From an uncultured Acidobacteriia bacterium (GTDB taxonomy: Bacteria; Acidobacteriota; Terriglobia; Bryobacterales; Bryobacteraceae), in NCBI GenBank assembly GCA_903893525.1, contig CAITMP010000339.1:1-36569 (forward strand): a stretch of 36,569 nucleotides of DNA, given 5' to 3'. This document shows positions 9,339 through 18,614 of this stretch, piece after piece. Under the pieces are notes generated by a model that saw nothing but the letters and a program-made list of their open reading frames with translations, did no database searches and had not been told where the DNA came from. Within the stretch, counting starts at the first letter, position 1. Each line of letters begins with the position of its first letter. A program made the position numbers and the translations under genes.

Positions 9339-9938
9339 GTGGCACCCACAATCGACATTGAACACCAGCGCGACCTGACCCAATTGATCGACCTCTGGAG
9401 CACAGGCGACAGGAAGGCTGAAAACCAACTGTTCGAGTCCCTCTACCGGATCATGCGCAGTAAGGCGGCCTATGCCATGCGCTCGAACCGCCCCGACGAT
9501 TCCATGAGCCCAACATTGTTGGTCCATGAGGCGTACATCTCCCTCTCCAAGACGATCTCCAGGGGCAATTTTTCAGTCCGTGACCGGAGCCATTTTCTGA
9601 AACTCGCCAGCCGTGTGATGCGGAACCTGGTGGTCGATCACGCCCGTGCCCGGAAAACACAGAACCGGAGCAGTGGAATGGAACGGGTGCCATGGAGCGA
9701 TTCAATCGCAGGCGCATCCGACAATCCCGAGCGAATCATCGCCGTTGCAACGGCGCTCGAGAAATTGGCAGCGACCCACCCTGAATCGGCCCAACTGGCC
9801 GAACTCAGATTCTTCACCGGAATGTCCGAGTGTGAAATCGCGGAAGTCATGGAAATGTCACCCCGCAGCGTCCGGCGACACTGGAGCGCAGCAAAAGCCC
9901 GATTGTTCGAGATTCTATATGGCCCACTCACGAACTAA
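9339..9938 (+). CDS. ECF-type RNA polymerase sigma factor of the Ser/Thr-kinase-associated class (Sigma70_ECF / TIGR02999-like; names from memory)
   Basis: GTG start with AGGAG 5 nt upstream. LTQLIDLWSTGDRKAENQLFESLY...LVHEAYISL...SHFLKLASRVMRNLVVDHARARKTQNR (regions 2.x), then AELRFFTGMSECEIAEVMEMSPRSVRRHWSAAKARL (region 4.2 HTH). Confidence 0.85.
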   Translation: MAPTIDIEHQRDLTQLIDLWSTGDRKAENQLFESLYRIMRSKAAYAMRSNRPDDSMSPTLLVHEAYISLSKTISRGNFSVRDRSHFLKLASRVMRNLVVDHARARKTQNRSSGMERVPWSDSIAGASDNPERIIAVATALEKLAATHPESAQLAELRFFTGMSECEIAEVMEMSPRSVRRHWSAAKARLFEILYGPLTN

Positions 9939-11082
9939 CCGCAATGAAACAGTAGACCAAATTCTGGGAGAAGCGCTCGAACTCCCGGTTGCGGAGCGCG
10001 ACACATTTGTCGCGAAATTGTGCGGGGACGACGTGGAACTTCTGGCCGAGGTCAACCGCCTCCTCAAGATCGCCGAAACCATGGATGCCGCGTTTCTGGA
10101 ACAACCGGCATTCGGAAACCTCGAGATCGCCGTCGGCGACACGCTGGGTTCCCGCTTCCGGGTGGCCCGCAAGCTCGGCGATGGCGGAATGGGGTGCGTG
10201 TATCTGGCTGACGACTCGTTGCTGGGCGAGGTTGCCATCAAAACCCTGCACCCCGGCCAGCGCACCAGCCCCACCATGCTCGACCGTCTGCGGCGCGAAA
10301 TCCGCGTCGCCAGGGGGATCGCACACCCGAATCTCTGTCCTGTGTACGATTGTTTCGAGCTCGAACACTACGGCTCCCCCGTTACGGCGTTGACAATGAA
10401 GTACTTGGCTGGCGAAACGTTGGCGGCGAGGCTTGCCCGAGGTCCCGTAATGCAGTCGGAGGCATTGGTGATCGCAGAAGGCACCGCCGCCGGCATCGAC
10501 GCACTCCACGCCGAAGGAGTCCTGCATCGCGACCTGAAGCCATCCAACCTGATGCTGGTGCCCACCAAACAGGGCTTCACCCCCGTCATCATGGACTTCG
10601 GCCTCGCAAAGACCGTCCGATCAACAACTTCCGACCGGACCACCCGCATCACAATCAGCACCCAGCTTGTGGGGTGCCCCGATTACATGGCACCGGAACT
10701 ATTCCGGGACCAACCAGCGACGATCTCCTCCGACATCTACTCGCTCGGTACGATGCTCTTCGAAACCGTCACCGGACGGCTTCCGTTTCCGAAGGAGGGA
10801 GTCGTAGCGACTGCGGTGCGGCGTTCGGTCGAGGACGCTCCCCGTGCCATGGCTTTCGCGCCGTGGATTGGCGCCAAGTGGGACGCAGCCATCGCCTCCG
10901 CGCTCCATCGCGATCCCGCCCGCAGACCATCCTCGGGGGCCGAGCTTGTCCGCTTGATCGCGCCGTCAACAGACTTCCGGACCGGCAGTAGGGGAACAAC
11001 ACGCACCGGGTGCGCCCACCGCCCCCCAGCAGCCTCTCAGGGCCGCAGGGGCTTGGTGGCTACAGCGGGAGCGGCCAGGTAG
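9919..11082 (+). CDS. Short soluble Ser/Thr protein kinase (kinase domain only) with an N-terminal ECF-associated motif
   Basis: ATG 9919 overlaps the sigma gene by 20 nt. GDGGMGCVYLAD...VAIKTL, HRDLKPSNLML, DFGLAK and YMAPELF. N-terminus VDQILGEALELPVAERDTFVAKLCGDDVELLAEVNRLLK. The track ORF start at 9646 is an out-of-context extension through the sigma gene. Confidence 0.85.
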   Translation: MAHSRTNRNETVDQILGEALELPVAERDTFVAKLCGDDVELLAEVNRLLKIAETMDAAFLEQPAFGNLEIAVGDTLGSRFRVARKLGDGGMGCVYLADDSLLGEVAIKTLHPGQRTSPTMLDRLRREIRVARGIAHPNLCPVYDCFELEHYGSPVTALTMKYLAGETLAARLARGPVMQSEALVIAEGTAAGIDALHAEGVLHRDLKPSNLMLVPTKQGFTPVIMDFGLAKTVRSTTSDRTTRITISTQLVGCPDYMAPELFRDQPATISSDIYSLGTMLFETVTGRLPFPKEGVVATAVRRSVEDAPRAMAFAPWIGAKWDAAIASALHRDPARRPSSGAELVRLIAPSTDFRTGSRGTTRTGCAHRPPAASQGRRGLVATAGAAR

Positions 11083-11645
11083 ACCTGCGCCCCGGACACC
11101 GACACAGCCAGCCGGTCGACCTGAAAGTCGAAGTTGAACCATTCGGCGACGTGGGCTTCCGGGAATGCAGGGCGCAGATAATTCTGGACCAGCAGGTCCA
11201 ACGCCGGCCCTTCAAGCGGAACGCCCGAAACTAGAATCCGGTCGAGGTCCACCCGCGCGCGCCCATTTTCGGAGGCAATCCGGGCCGTCACTTCGACTGG
11301 TCGTTCGCCCGAGAGCATGCGCCCAACAAGCGCCGCGACCATCGATTCAGTTCCCCCTTGGCTGGACGCATGGATGGCCTTCGCAAAATCCACCTCCCCG
11401 CGCACAATCACCCGGTTGGGGCCAAACTCGAACCGCACATGTCGAACGCCCTTGGGAATCCAGAAAGACTCCTCGTCACGCATCCAGTCGTTCAACTCCT
11501 GGACCGGAAAGTACACGCTGGAACCCGGCGGCAGCTTGCGCTGTTCGATCATCCGGTACTTCGTGTGGGCCGGCCCAACCGTTGGCGCGGCAGCTGACGC
11601 GGCAAGCAGAGTTCCCGCCAACAGAACCGGAAAGCGCAGCACCAT
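11037..11645 (-). CDS. Secreted hypothetical protein
   Basis: ATG 11645. Signal peptide MVLRFPVLLAGTLLAASAAAP. Coding-like composition. I recognised no catalytic motif. Converges on and overlaps the kinase 3' end by 46 nt. Confidence 0.6.
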   Translation of the reverse strand: MVLRFPVLLAGTLLAASAAAPTVGPAHTKYRMIEQRKLPPGSSVYFPVQELNDWMRDEESFWIPKGVRHVRFEFGPNRVIVRGEVDFAKAIHASSQGGTESMVAALVGRMLSGERPVEVTARIASENGRARVDLDRILVSGVPLEGPALDLLVQNYLRPAFPEAHVAEWFNFDFQVDRLAVSVSGAQVYLAAPAVATKPLRP

Positions 11646-11716
11646 GCACCCATTTCAGCAGAGAGCGCGTTACGGCAGGTGGCACGCAAGAATGGGTCTT
11701 GGCACCAGCGGACAAG

Positions 11717-12127
11717 TTGAAGCTCAGAACCGCAGTGGAATCCGACTACCCCGCCGTCGCCCGAATCCAAGCACGGTGTCCCGAAGCCGCCCAATGGCCC
11801 GTCGGCGATTATTCCAACTTCCAAGTCCTGCTCGCCGTGGACGGGGACAAGCCCGTCGGGTTCTGCGCGTGGAGGCAGAGTCTGCCGGACGAGGCGGAGT
11901 TGTTGAATCTCGGCGTGGACCCGGATTTTCGGCACAGGGGCGTGGGAAGGGCGTTGCTCGCTGGGCTTGAAGGCCTCGCGTCGGGCACCCTCTACCTCGA
12001 AGTGGCGGAAAACAACGTGCCCGCAATCGGGCTCTACCACAAATGCGGCTGGGAATCAATCGGACTGCGCCGCGGCTACTACGCGAACGGAACGGTTCAC
12101 GCCGTTGTCATGAAAAAAGTTTCATGA
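11717..12127 (+). CDS. rimI: GNAT-family N-acetyltransferase, RimI-like
   Basis: Only the 3' third of track ORF 11165..12127 looks coding: (M/L)KLRTAVESDYPAVARIQ...LLNLGVDPDFRHRGVGRALL (acetyl-CoA Q/RxxGxG/A motif)...AIGLYHKCGWESIGLRRGYY. TTG 11717 is my preferred start and TTG 11699 is an alternative. The region upstream is antisense to 11037..11645. Confidence 0.7.
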   Translation: MKLRTAVESDYPAVARIQARCPEAAQWPVGDYSNFQVLLAVDGDKPVGFCAWRQSLPDEAELLNLGVDPDFRHRGVGRALLAGLEGLASGTLYLEVAENNVPAIGLYHKCGWESIGLRRGYYANGTVHAVVMKKVS

Positions 12128-12182
12128 TAGAGTCCAGGTAGACGGACGGTATCCGCCCGATCTGGACTCCAACGAAGGAGAG

Positions 12183-12425
12183 ATGCTCAGTATGGACCGG
12201 AACACCCAGGAAGAAATCAAAGCGCATCTGACGGAGACGAACGAAACATTCCGCGAGTTGGTCGCAAAGCACCAGGAATACGACCGCAGGGCGTCGGAGC
12301 TGGACGCAAAAACCGTCCTGACCGCCGACGAAGAGCTCGAGGAACATCGTCTCAAAAAGCAGAAACTTCATCTGAAGGACGAAATCGAACAGATGATCCA
12401 GGAAGCCCTCCAACCGGTGGGCTGA
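12183..12425 (+). CDS. DUF465 (YdcH-like) small coiled-coil protein
   Basis: IKAHLTETNETFRELVAKHQEYDRRASELD...EELEEHRLKKQKLHLKDEIEQMI matches the DUF465 pattern. ATG 12192 has better spacing to the GGAG at 12177-12180 than ATG 12183. Confidence 0.75.
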   Translation: MLSMDRNTQEEIKAHLTETNETFRELVAKHQEYDRRASELDAKTVLTADEELEEHRLKKQKLHLKDEIEQMIQEALQPVG

Positions 12426-12478
12426 TCAGGAAGGCTGATCGGGAAGCTCGTCAGGTGCGCTGACACCGCCAATGGCCA

Positions 12479-12506
12479 GACCGCCCTCCAAGCGGTCGGG
12501 TTTTGC
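12479..12506 (+). terminator. Rho-independent terminator candidate after the DUF465 gene
   Basis: GACCGC (12479-84), loop CCTCCAA, GCGGTC (12492-97), followed by GGGTTTTGCATTTT. Confidence 0.5.
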
Positions 12507-12511
12507 ATTTT

Positions 12512-12826
12512 ATGGAAGATTTTGAAGAACCGGAACCATTCCGGGTACCCATCGAGGACGTCCTCGACCTGCACACCATCCCGCCACGCGACATGCGCGC
12601 CTTGGTGGAGGAGTATTTGATCGAAGCCCGCAAGGCGGGATTCCGGGCACTGCGGATCATCCATGGACGGGGTATCGGCGTCCAGCGGGAGATGGTGAGG
12701 TCGGTCCTGTCACGAACCGATGGAGTCGCGGATTTCTCCGACGCCCCACCGGAAGCGGGCGGACGCGGTGCCACCGTGGTGACACTCGGTTCAACCGCTA
12801 AAGCACGCCGCCAGTCCCGCACTTGA
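12512..12826 (+). CDS. Smr (small MutS-related) domain protein
   Basis: MEDFEEPEPFRVPIEDVLDLHT...ALVEEYLIEARKAGFRALRIIHGRGIGVQREMVRSVL shows the LDLHG/T and HGxG Smr motifs. ATG 12512 is preferred to TTG 12503, which lies inside the terminator T-tract. Confidence 0.8.
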   Translation: MEDFEEPEPFRVPIEDVLDLHTIPPRDMRALVEEYLIEARKAGFRALRIIHGRGIGVQREMVRSVLSRTDGVADFSDAPPEAGGRGATVVTLGSTAKARRQSRT

Positions 12827-13877
12827 AGGACGTGCAGATGGGGGCGGTCTTCAGGGTGCACTGGGAGTTGATGATGCACTGAACACATTTCCTCGTTACG
12901 GAGCTGCAATACGGCGTTGTACCGGTACAGGGCACGCCACAGGGACAGGCAGTGATTGCCCCCAGGTTGACATCGCTGGAAGTGACCGTAAATGTGGTGT
13001 TCGCGCCGGGAATTGTGATCCGGGCGTTGGCGTCGGTCACGTCACCCGTCGAGGTGAAGGAGACCGTGTACGTTCCAGGCGGCACATTTTTGAAGCGGAA
13101 AACCCCGTCGGAGCCGGTAAACGCAAAAAAAGCGCGCCCCGGTATGAATGCCGTAAATCCATAGGACCCACCGGTGCCACATGCGACGGAACCGGAAACA
13201 GTGAATCCCGTCGCGGCTGATCCAGACCCGCCCGCCGCACCTGTCGCCCCCGTTGAGCCCGTGGCACCGGTTGAGCCAGTGGCTCCAATGGCTCCGGCCA
13301 ACCCGGTCGAACCCTGCGTGCCCGCATTTCCGGCTACCCCCGCTGTGCCCGTTACGCCGGTCGCGCCGGTTGCACCCACTGCGCCGGCAACCCCGCCCGA
13401 TCCGGCAAGGCCCGCAGCACCAGCCGCACCGGTGGCACCCTGGACGCCTTGGAACCCAGCCCCTCCCGTGGAACCCGCCGGGCCAGTCGCACCGGTGGCA
13501 CCCGCTGCGCCAACAGAGCCAAGTGCTCCGGCGGCGCCTGCGGCACCGGTGCTTCCGGGCGCGCCCGCGGCTCCCGCAGGCCCCGTTAGGCCTACTGCGC
13601 CCGAGGCCCCCTGCGGACCGTGCCCACCCGGCAATCCGGCGGCACCCACCGGGCCGACCGGCCCCTGCGGACCCGCCGTCGACCACTGCAGCAGTGTTTC
13701 ATTCTGGCCGCAGGTAGGAGTTCCCTGGTTGGCGGATCCAGCTGCGACCACGGGAATCCGCATTTGCGCGGACGCGTTGTCGATGCAGGCAAATACCGTG
13801 CTGGTTTGGGCCGTCATTGGAACGACCGCCAAGGCAAACAGTAGGAGGAGTTTCGCGTTGCTGTGTCCTGATGTCAT
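12798..13877 (-). CDS. Secreted collagen-like protein, paralogue E (Cys-loop N-module, 51 G-X-Y triplets, CarboxypepD_reg-like beta-sandwich, Cys-rich tail)
   Basis: Signal peptide MTSGHSNAKLLLLFALAVVPMTAQ. ACIDNASAQMRI...CGQNETLLQWSTAGPQGP, then uninterrupted G-X-Y. DGVFRFKNVPPGTYTV. The last 50 aa contain 9 Cys. Sits 18 nt downstream of paralogue D with AGGAA upstream. Confidence 0.85.
   Translation of the reverse strand: MTSGHSNAKLLLLFALAVVPMTAQTSTVFACIDNASAQMRIPVVAAGSANQGTPTCGQNETLLQWSTAGPQGPVGPVGAAGLPGGHGPQGASGAVGLTGPAGAAGAPGSTGAAGAAGALGSVGAAGATGATGPAGSTGGAGFQGVQGATGAAGAAGLAGSGGVAGAVGATGATGVTGTAGVAGNAGTQGSTGLAGAIGATGSTGATGSTGATGAAGGSGSAATGFTVSGSVACGTGGSYGFTAFIPGRAFFAFTGSDGVFRFKNVPPGTYTVSFTSTGDVTDANARITIPGANTTFTVTSSDVNLGAITACPCGVPCTGTTPYCSSVTRKCVQCIINSQCTLKTAPICTSFKCGTGGVL
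13215..13673 (-). repeat. Collagen-like G-X-Y region of paralogue E (51 triplets, hand count)
   Basis: GPQ GPV GPV GAA GLP GGH ... GAT GAA GGS GSA, with Gly at every third residue and no interruption. Confidence 0.85.
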
Positions 13878-13895
13878 GTCTGTCTCTGCCTGTTC

Positions 13896-15744
<1,849 letters not shown>

Positions 15745-15759
15745 TCCAATTCCTTCCAT

Positions 15760-16512
15760 TTACTTTGTCGGCACCGTCGCTAGCGCCTTGTCCACCAATG
15801 ATTTGAACGCCGCATAGGGCAGAGCCCCCGAAAAGCGGTCGCCCTCCAAGGTTGTCGCCGCAGTCCGGCCAATTACGAAAGTGGGTGTTCCGTCCACCCC
15901 CACCGTCGCCGCATACGCTTGGTTGGCCTTCATCTCGCTGGCAAACCGGGCCGCATCGGCGGTGCAAGCCGCAAAGGCACCCGCATCCAGACCCAGATCC
16001 CGTGCCAGTGTCGTGAAAAGCTCGGGCGAAAGGCGCTCGTTGTTCATCAGGATCGCCTCCCGCATCGCCGGGCCTTTGCCCAGATCCGCCGCGCACCGGG
16101 ACGCCTTTGCGGCGGCTTCTGCCAATGGGTGGATCGAGGACAGCGGAAAGTCGTAGCTAAGGAAACGCACCTTGCCCGTAGCGATCAGTTCCTTGCCGAT
16201 TTCGGGATACGCATCGGACCGGAACTGGCGGCAGAACGGGCACTGGAGGTCCGTGAATTCCAGAATTGTGACCGGGGCGTCGGCCCGGCCCTCCGTGTAG
16301 GACGAAGGTAGGACGGGAACCTTGACCGCAACCGGGGCGTCCGGTCGCGCTGGCCCCGCCTGGCCCGCGACCAGCTTCTCCAGCAGGCCGCGCATCGCCT
16401 TCAATTCCTCCAGAATCTGCTCGTTCTGTTTCTCCAGTTTGGATGTCGACTGGGAATAGGCGGGCACCGCCAGCAGCAGCGCCAGACTCGTAGCGAGAAA
16501 ACGGGGTGTCAT
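15760..16512 (-). CDS. Secreted DsbA-family thiol:disulfide oxidoreductase (thioredoxin fold, CPFC active site)
   Basis: ATG 16512 gives signal peptide MTPRFLATSLALLLAVPAYS. This is followed by a coiled-coil (LEKQNEQILEELKAMRGLLEKL), ILEFTDLQCPFCRQF and a C-terminal GVDGTPTFVIG (cis-Pro loop region). Its start lies 1 nt after the upstream gene's stop. Its stop abuts ATG 15759. The track start at 16635 is an over-extension into the upstream gene. Confidence 0.85.
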   Translation of the reverse strand: MTPRFLATSLALLLAVPAYSQSTSKLEKQNEQILEELKAMRGLLEKLVAGQAGPARPDAPVAVKVPVLPSSYTEGRADAPVTILEFTDLQCPFCRQFRSDAYPEIGKELIATGKVRFLSYDFPLSSIHPLAEAAAKASRCAADLGKGPAMREAILMNNERLSPELFTTLARDLGLDAGAFAACTADAARFASEMKANQAYAATVGVDGTPTFVIGRTAATTLEGDRFSGALPYAAFKSLVDKALATVPTK

Positions 16513-16513
16513 C

Positions 16514-17470
16514 CTAGGCCCGGTGCCGCCGCAGTCCGAGGGCCAACAACGCCGCGCCGCCGAGCAAATACGTGGCCGGTTCGGGCGCTTCAGAGCCGGG
16601 CATCGTGTCGCTGAACGTGAAGTCCACGTAGCCATCCCCGCTGTTCGTGCCCAGGTGCAGGTTCTGGTGGGTCACCATTGAATGCAGGTACGACCCGCCG
16701 CCACCGCCGCCCGTGTTGGCACCATCGCCGCCGCCACCGCCGGAGTAGCCGCCGCCACCGCCACCGCCCTGGTAGCCGCCGCCGCCGCCGCCCCCGAAGC
16801 CACCGTTGGCATACTGGGTGCAGCAAACATCGCCGCCATCTCCCAGGCCACCGAGGAACGTGAAGGCCCCGAAGCCGCCCAGTCCGGCACCATACGGCGC
16901 AAGGTAGGTGTCGCCCACACCGTCGCCGCCGTTGCCGAGCCAGCCGCCCCCGCCGCCACCGTTGCTGCCGCCAGTGTTCGTAGCTCCGAGGCCGCCAAGG
17001 CCGTTTGTGCCACCGAGGCCGTCAAAGTCTCCCTGGCCAGCATCACCGCTGGTGCCGGTCAGCGCATCGCCGCCGTTCACACCGTAATAGCCCGCGCCAC
17101 CGCCGCCGCCAGCCACGAAGTAGGGATTCATTTCACCCACAAGATAGATGAAGCTGGCCCCGCCGCCGCCGCCGCTGAACCCGGAACCGAAGTCACCGGT
17201 GGAACCCTGTCCACCCACCACGATCTTCAACTGGGTTCCTGCTGTCAGGTAGAGATCGCCCGCGACGACCGCGCCCAAACCTCCCGTGGCTAGATACGCA
17301 CCGCCACCCTGCGCCCCGGCAACGCTGAAACTATATGTGCCGGTGGCAGCCGCGGTGAAATCCGCGATCGAACCCGTGTAGGTCACCGTGCCAGCCAGGA
17401 CCGGGGCCGCAAAGATGACAAACGCCAAGGCGAAACGCCCAAGAAGAGACTGAAGACACGTAACCTGCAT
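16514..17470 (-). CDS. PEP-CTERM-anchored glycine-rich protein with an ALK/LTK-type glycine-rich (polyglycine) domain
   Basis: ATG 17470 gives signal peptide MQVTCLQSLLGRFALAFVIFAAPVLAG. YSFSVAGAQGGGA...LKIVVGGQGS...GGGGGASFIY...FVAGGGGGAG...GGGGGGWLGNGG...CCTQYANGGFGGGGGGGYQGGGGGGGYSGGGGG...GGGGGGSYL. C-terminal PEPATYLLGGAALLALGLRRHRA is a PEP motif plus TM plus basic tail. Confidence 0.85.
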   Translation of the reverse strand: MQVTCLQSLLGRFALAFVIFAAPVLAGTVTYTGSIADFTAAATGTYSFSVAGAQGGGAYLATGGLGAVVAGDLYLTAGTQLKIVVGGQGSTGDFGSGFSGGGGGASFIYLVGEMNPYFVAGGGGGAGYYGVNGGDALTGTSGDAGQGDFDGLGGTNGLGGLGATNTGGSNGGGGGGWLGNGGDGVGDTYLAPYGAGLGGFGAFTFLGGLGDGGDVCCTQYANGGFGGGGGGGYQGGGGGGGYSGGGGGDGANTGGGGGGSYLHSMVTHQNLHLGTNSGDGYVDFTFSDTMPGSEAPEPATYLLGGAALLALGLRRHRA

Positions 17471-17564
17471 ATCCCTAAGGAACCTCCGAATCAATGAATC
17501 GCCCTCTTTTCTTGGAGTTTTGCATAGCCGGCTACCAGCGGGCAACCGGAGCAGCCCAGGAAGA

Positions 17565-17596
17565 GTACTGGTAATGGTACTGGCTCGGTGTACTGG
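17565..17596. repeat. Three direct copies of GTACTGG (CCAGTAC on the gene strand) spaced 12 and 13 bp apart, ~95-125 nt upstream of the glycine-protein operon
   Basis: GTACTGG at 17565-71, 17577-83 and 17590-96, inside the 183-nt intergenic region 17471..17653. The repeat itself is certain. A regulatory role is inferred. Confidence 0.6.
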
Positions 17597-17653
17597 ACTT
17601 GGGAACCCGGGTGTGATAAAGGTTACAGTCGGGTAATGCTCTGAAAACTTCGG

Positions 17654-18589
17654 TCACTTGGCGAAATAGCCGGTTTTCGATCTGGCCATGTACCCCGGCC
17701 GATTCACGCGGATGGAAACTTTGCGGAACGAGCCGTCGCGGGCCGGATTGCTGCTGACGTAGCCGATGTCGTAAATCGACCGCAACTCCTCCGCCACCTG
17801 CTTCAGGGACTCGCCCACCCCCTGCTGTGCGGCGTCGAAGGCCCTTCCCCCGGTTTCGCGGGCAAGCCGCTCCATCTCCTTGATTCCATAGCGGTTGCGG
17901 GACGTGAGCCGACCATGTCTCGAAGGTTCCGTGTAGCGTACGGTGTAGATCGGAGCATCCACGTTCTGCGCGTCCGCAATCGCGTCCATCAGATCGTGGG
18001 CGCTCGAATTGTCCTCCCCGTCGCTGAAAAGCAGGATCGCCTGCCGGCCGCCCGCCACCCCGCCCAGCTTTCCTGTCGCCACCGCGTGGACCGCGTCGAA
18101 CAGTGCCGTCCCGCCCGCCCGGGTCTCGTCGGGGTCCAATTCCGGATAATGGCGGTCCCCCTTGCCGAATCGCGCCACCGCTTCCATCACCGCCTGTGGC
18201 GAGTTGGAAAAATCACTCACCAGCCGGAGATGGTTGCCAAAGCAGACCGCAAGCGCCTGGTCCCTCTTGGAAAGCGCAGCTCCCAGGAACCTCTCAAGAT
18301 CGTGGTTGTGCTGCTTGATGAAGCGGTCCTGGCTCCCGCTCACATCCAGCAGGACGGCCAGGCTCAGCGGCGTGTCGGCGGACCGCCCGAAGAACCGCAC
18401 ATCCTGCTTGACGCCATCCTCATAGATCTCGATGTCATCCTTGCCCAGCCCGGAAGCCAAAGCTCCGGAGCCGTCGCGTACTATGAAAGCGACATTCACC
18501 AGGCTTACGTCGACTTTGATGGAGACTGGCTCCTGGGCAATGCAGGCCGGTAGAAGGCAGAAAATCCAGAGGAACACGGAGCGTCGCAC
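17654..18589 (-). CDS. Secreted VWA-domain protein (acidobacterial VWFA-related family, TIGR03436-like; name from memory)
   Basis: GTG 18589 gives VRRSVFLWIFCLLPACIAQEP (signal). ...LSLAVLLDVSGSQ (MIDAS DxSxS), GGTALFDAV, ILLFSDGEDNSS and a C-terminal FRKVSIRVNRPGY. The N-terminal 145 aa of track ORF 17654..19027 are antisense to tilS and were rejected. Confidence 0.8.
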   Translation of the reverse strand: MRRSVFLWIFCLLPACIAQEPVSIKVDVSLVNVAFIVRDGSGALASGLGKDDIEIYEDGVKQDVRFFGRSADTPLSLAVLLDVSGSQDRFIKQHNHDLERFLGAALSKRDQALAVCFGNHLRLVSDFSNSPQAVMEAVARFGKGDRHYPELDPDETRAGGTALFDAVHAVATGKLGGVAGGRQAILLFSDGEDNSSAHDLMDAIADAQNVDAPIYTVRYTEPSRHGRLTSRNRYGIKEMERLARETGGRAFDAAQQGVGESLKQVAEELRSIYDIGYVSSNPARDGSFRKVSIRVNRPGYMARSKTGYFAK

Positions 18590-18614
18590 GCCTGAGATAC
18601 GAATGGAGCCGCGA

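Noticed and set aside
9646-9918. N-terminal 91 aa of track ORF 9646..11082
   Set aside because: It lies inside the sigma-factor gene in another frame. Kinase-type sequence and the shared N-module start at ATG 9919.
11165-11716. N-terminal ~180 aa of track ORF 11165..12127
   Set aside because: It is Arg/Pro-rich and antisense to the secreted protein gene 11037..11645. GNAT homology begins near 11717.
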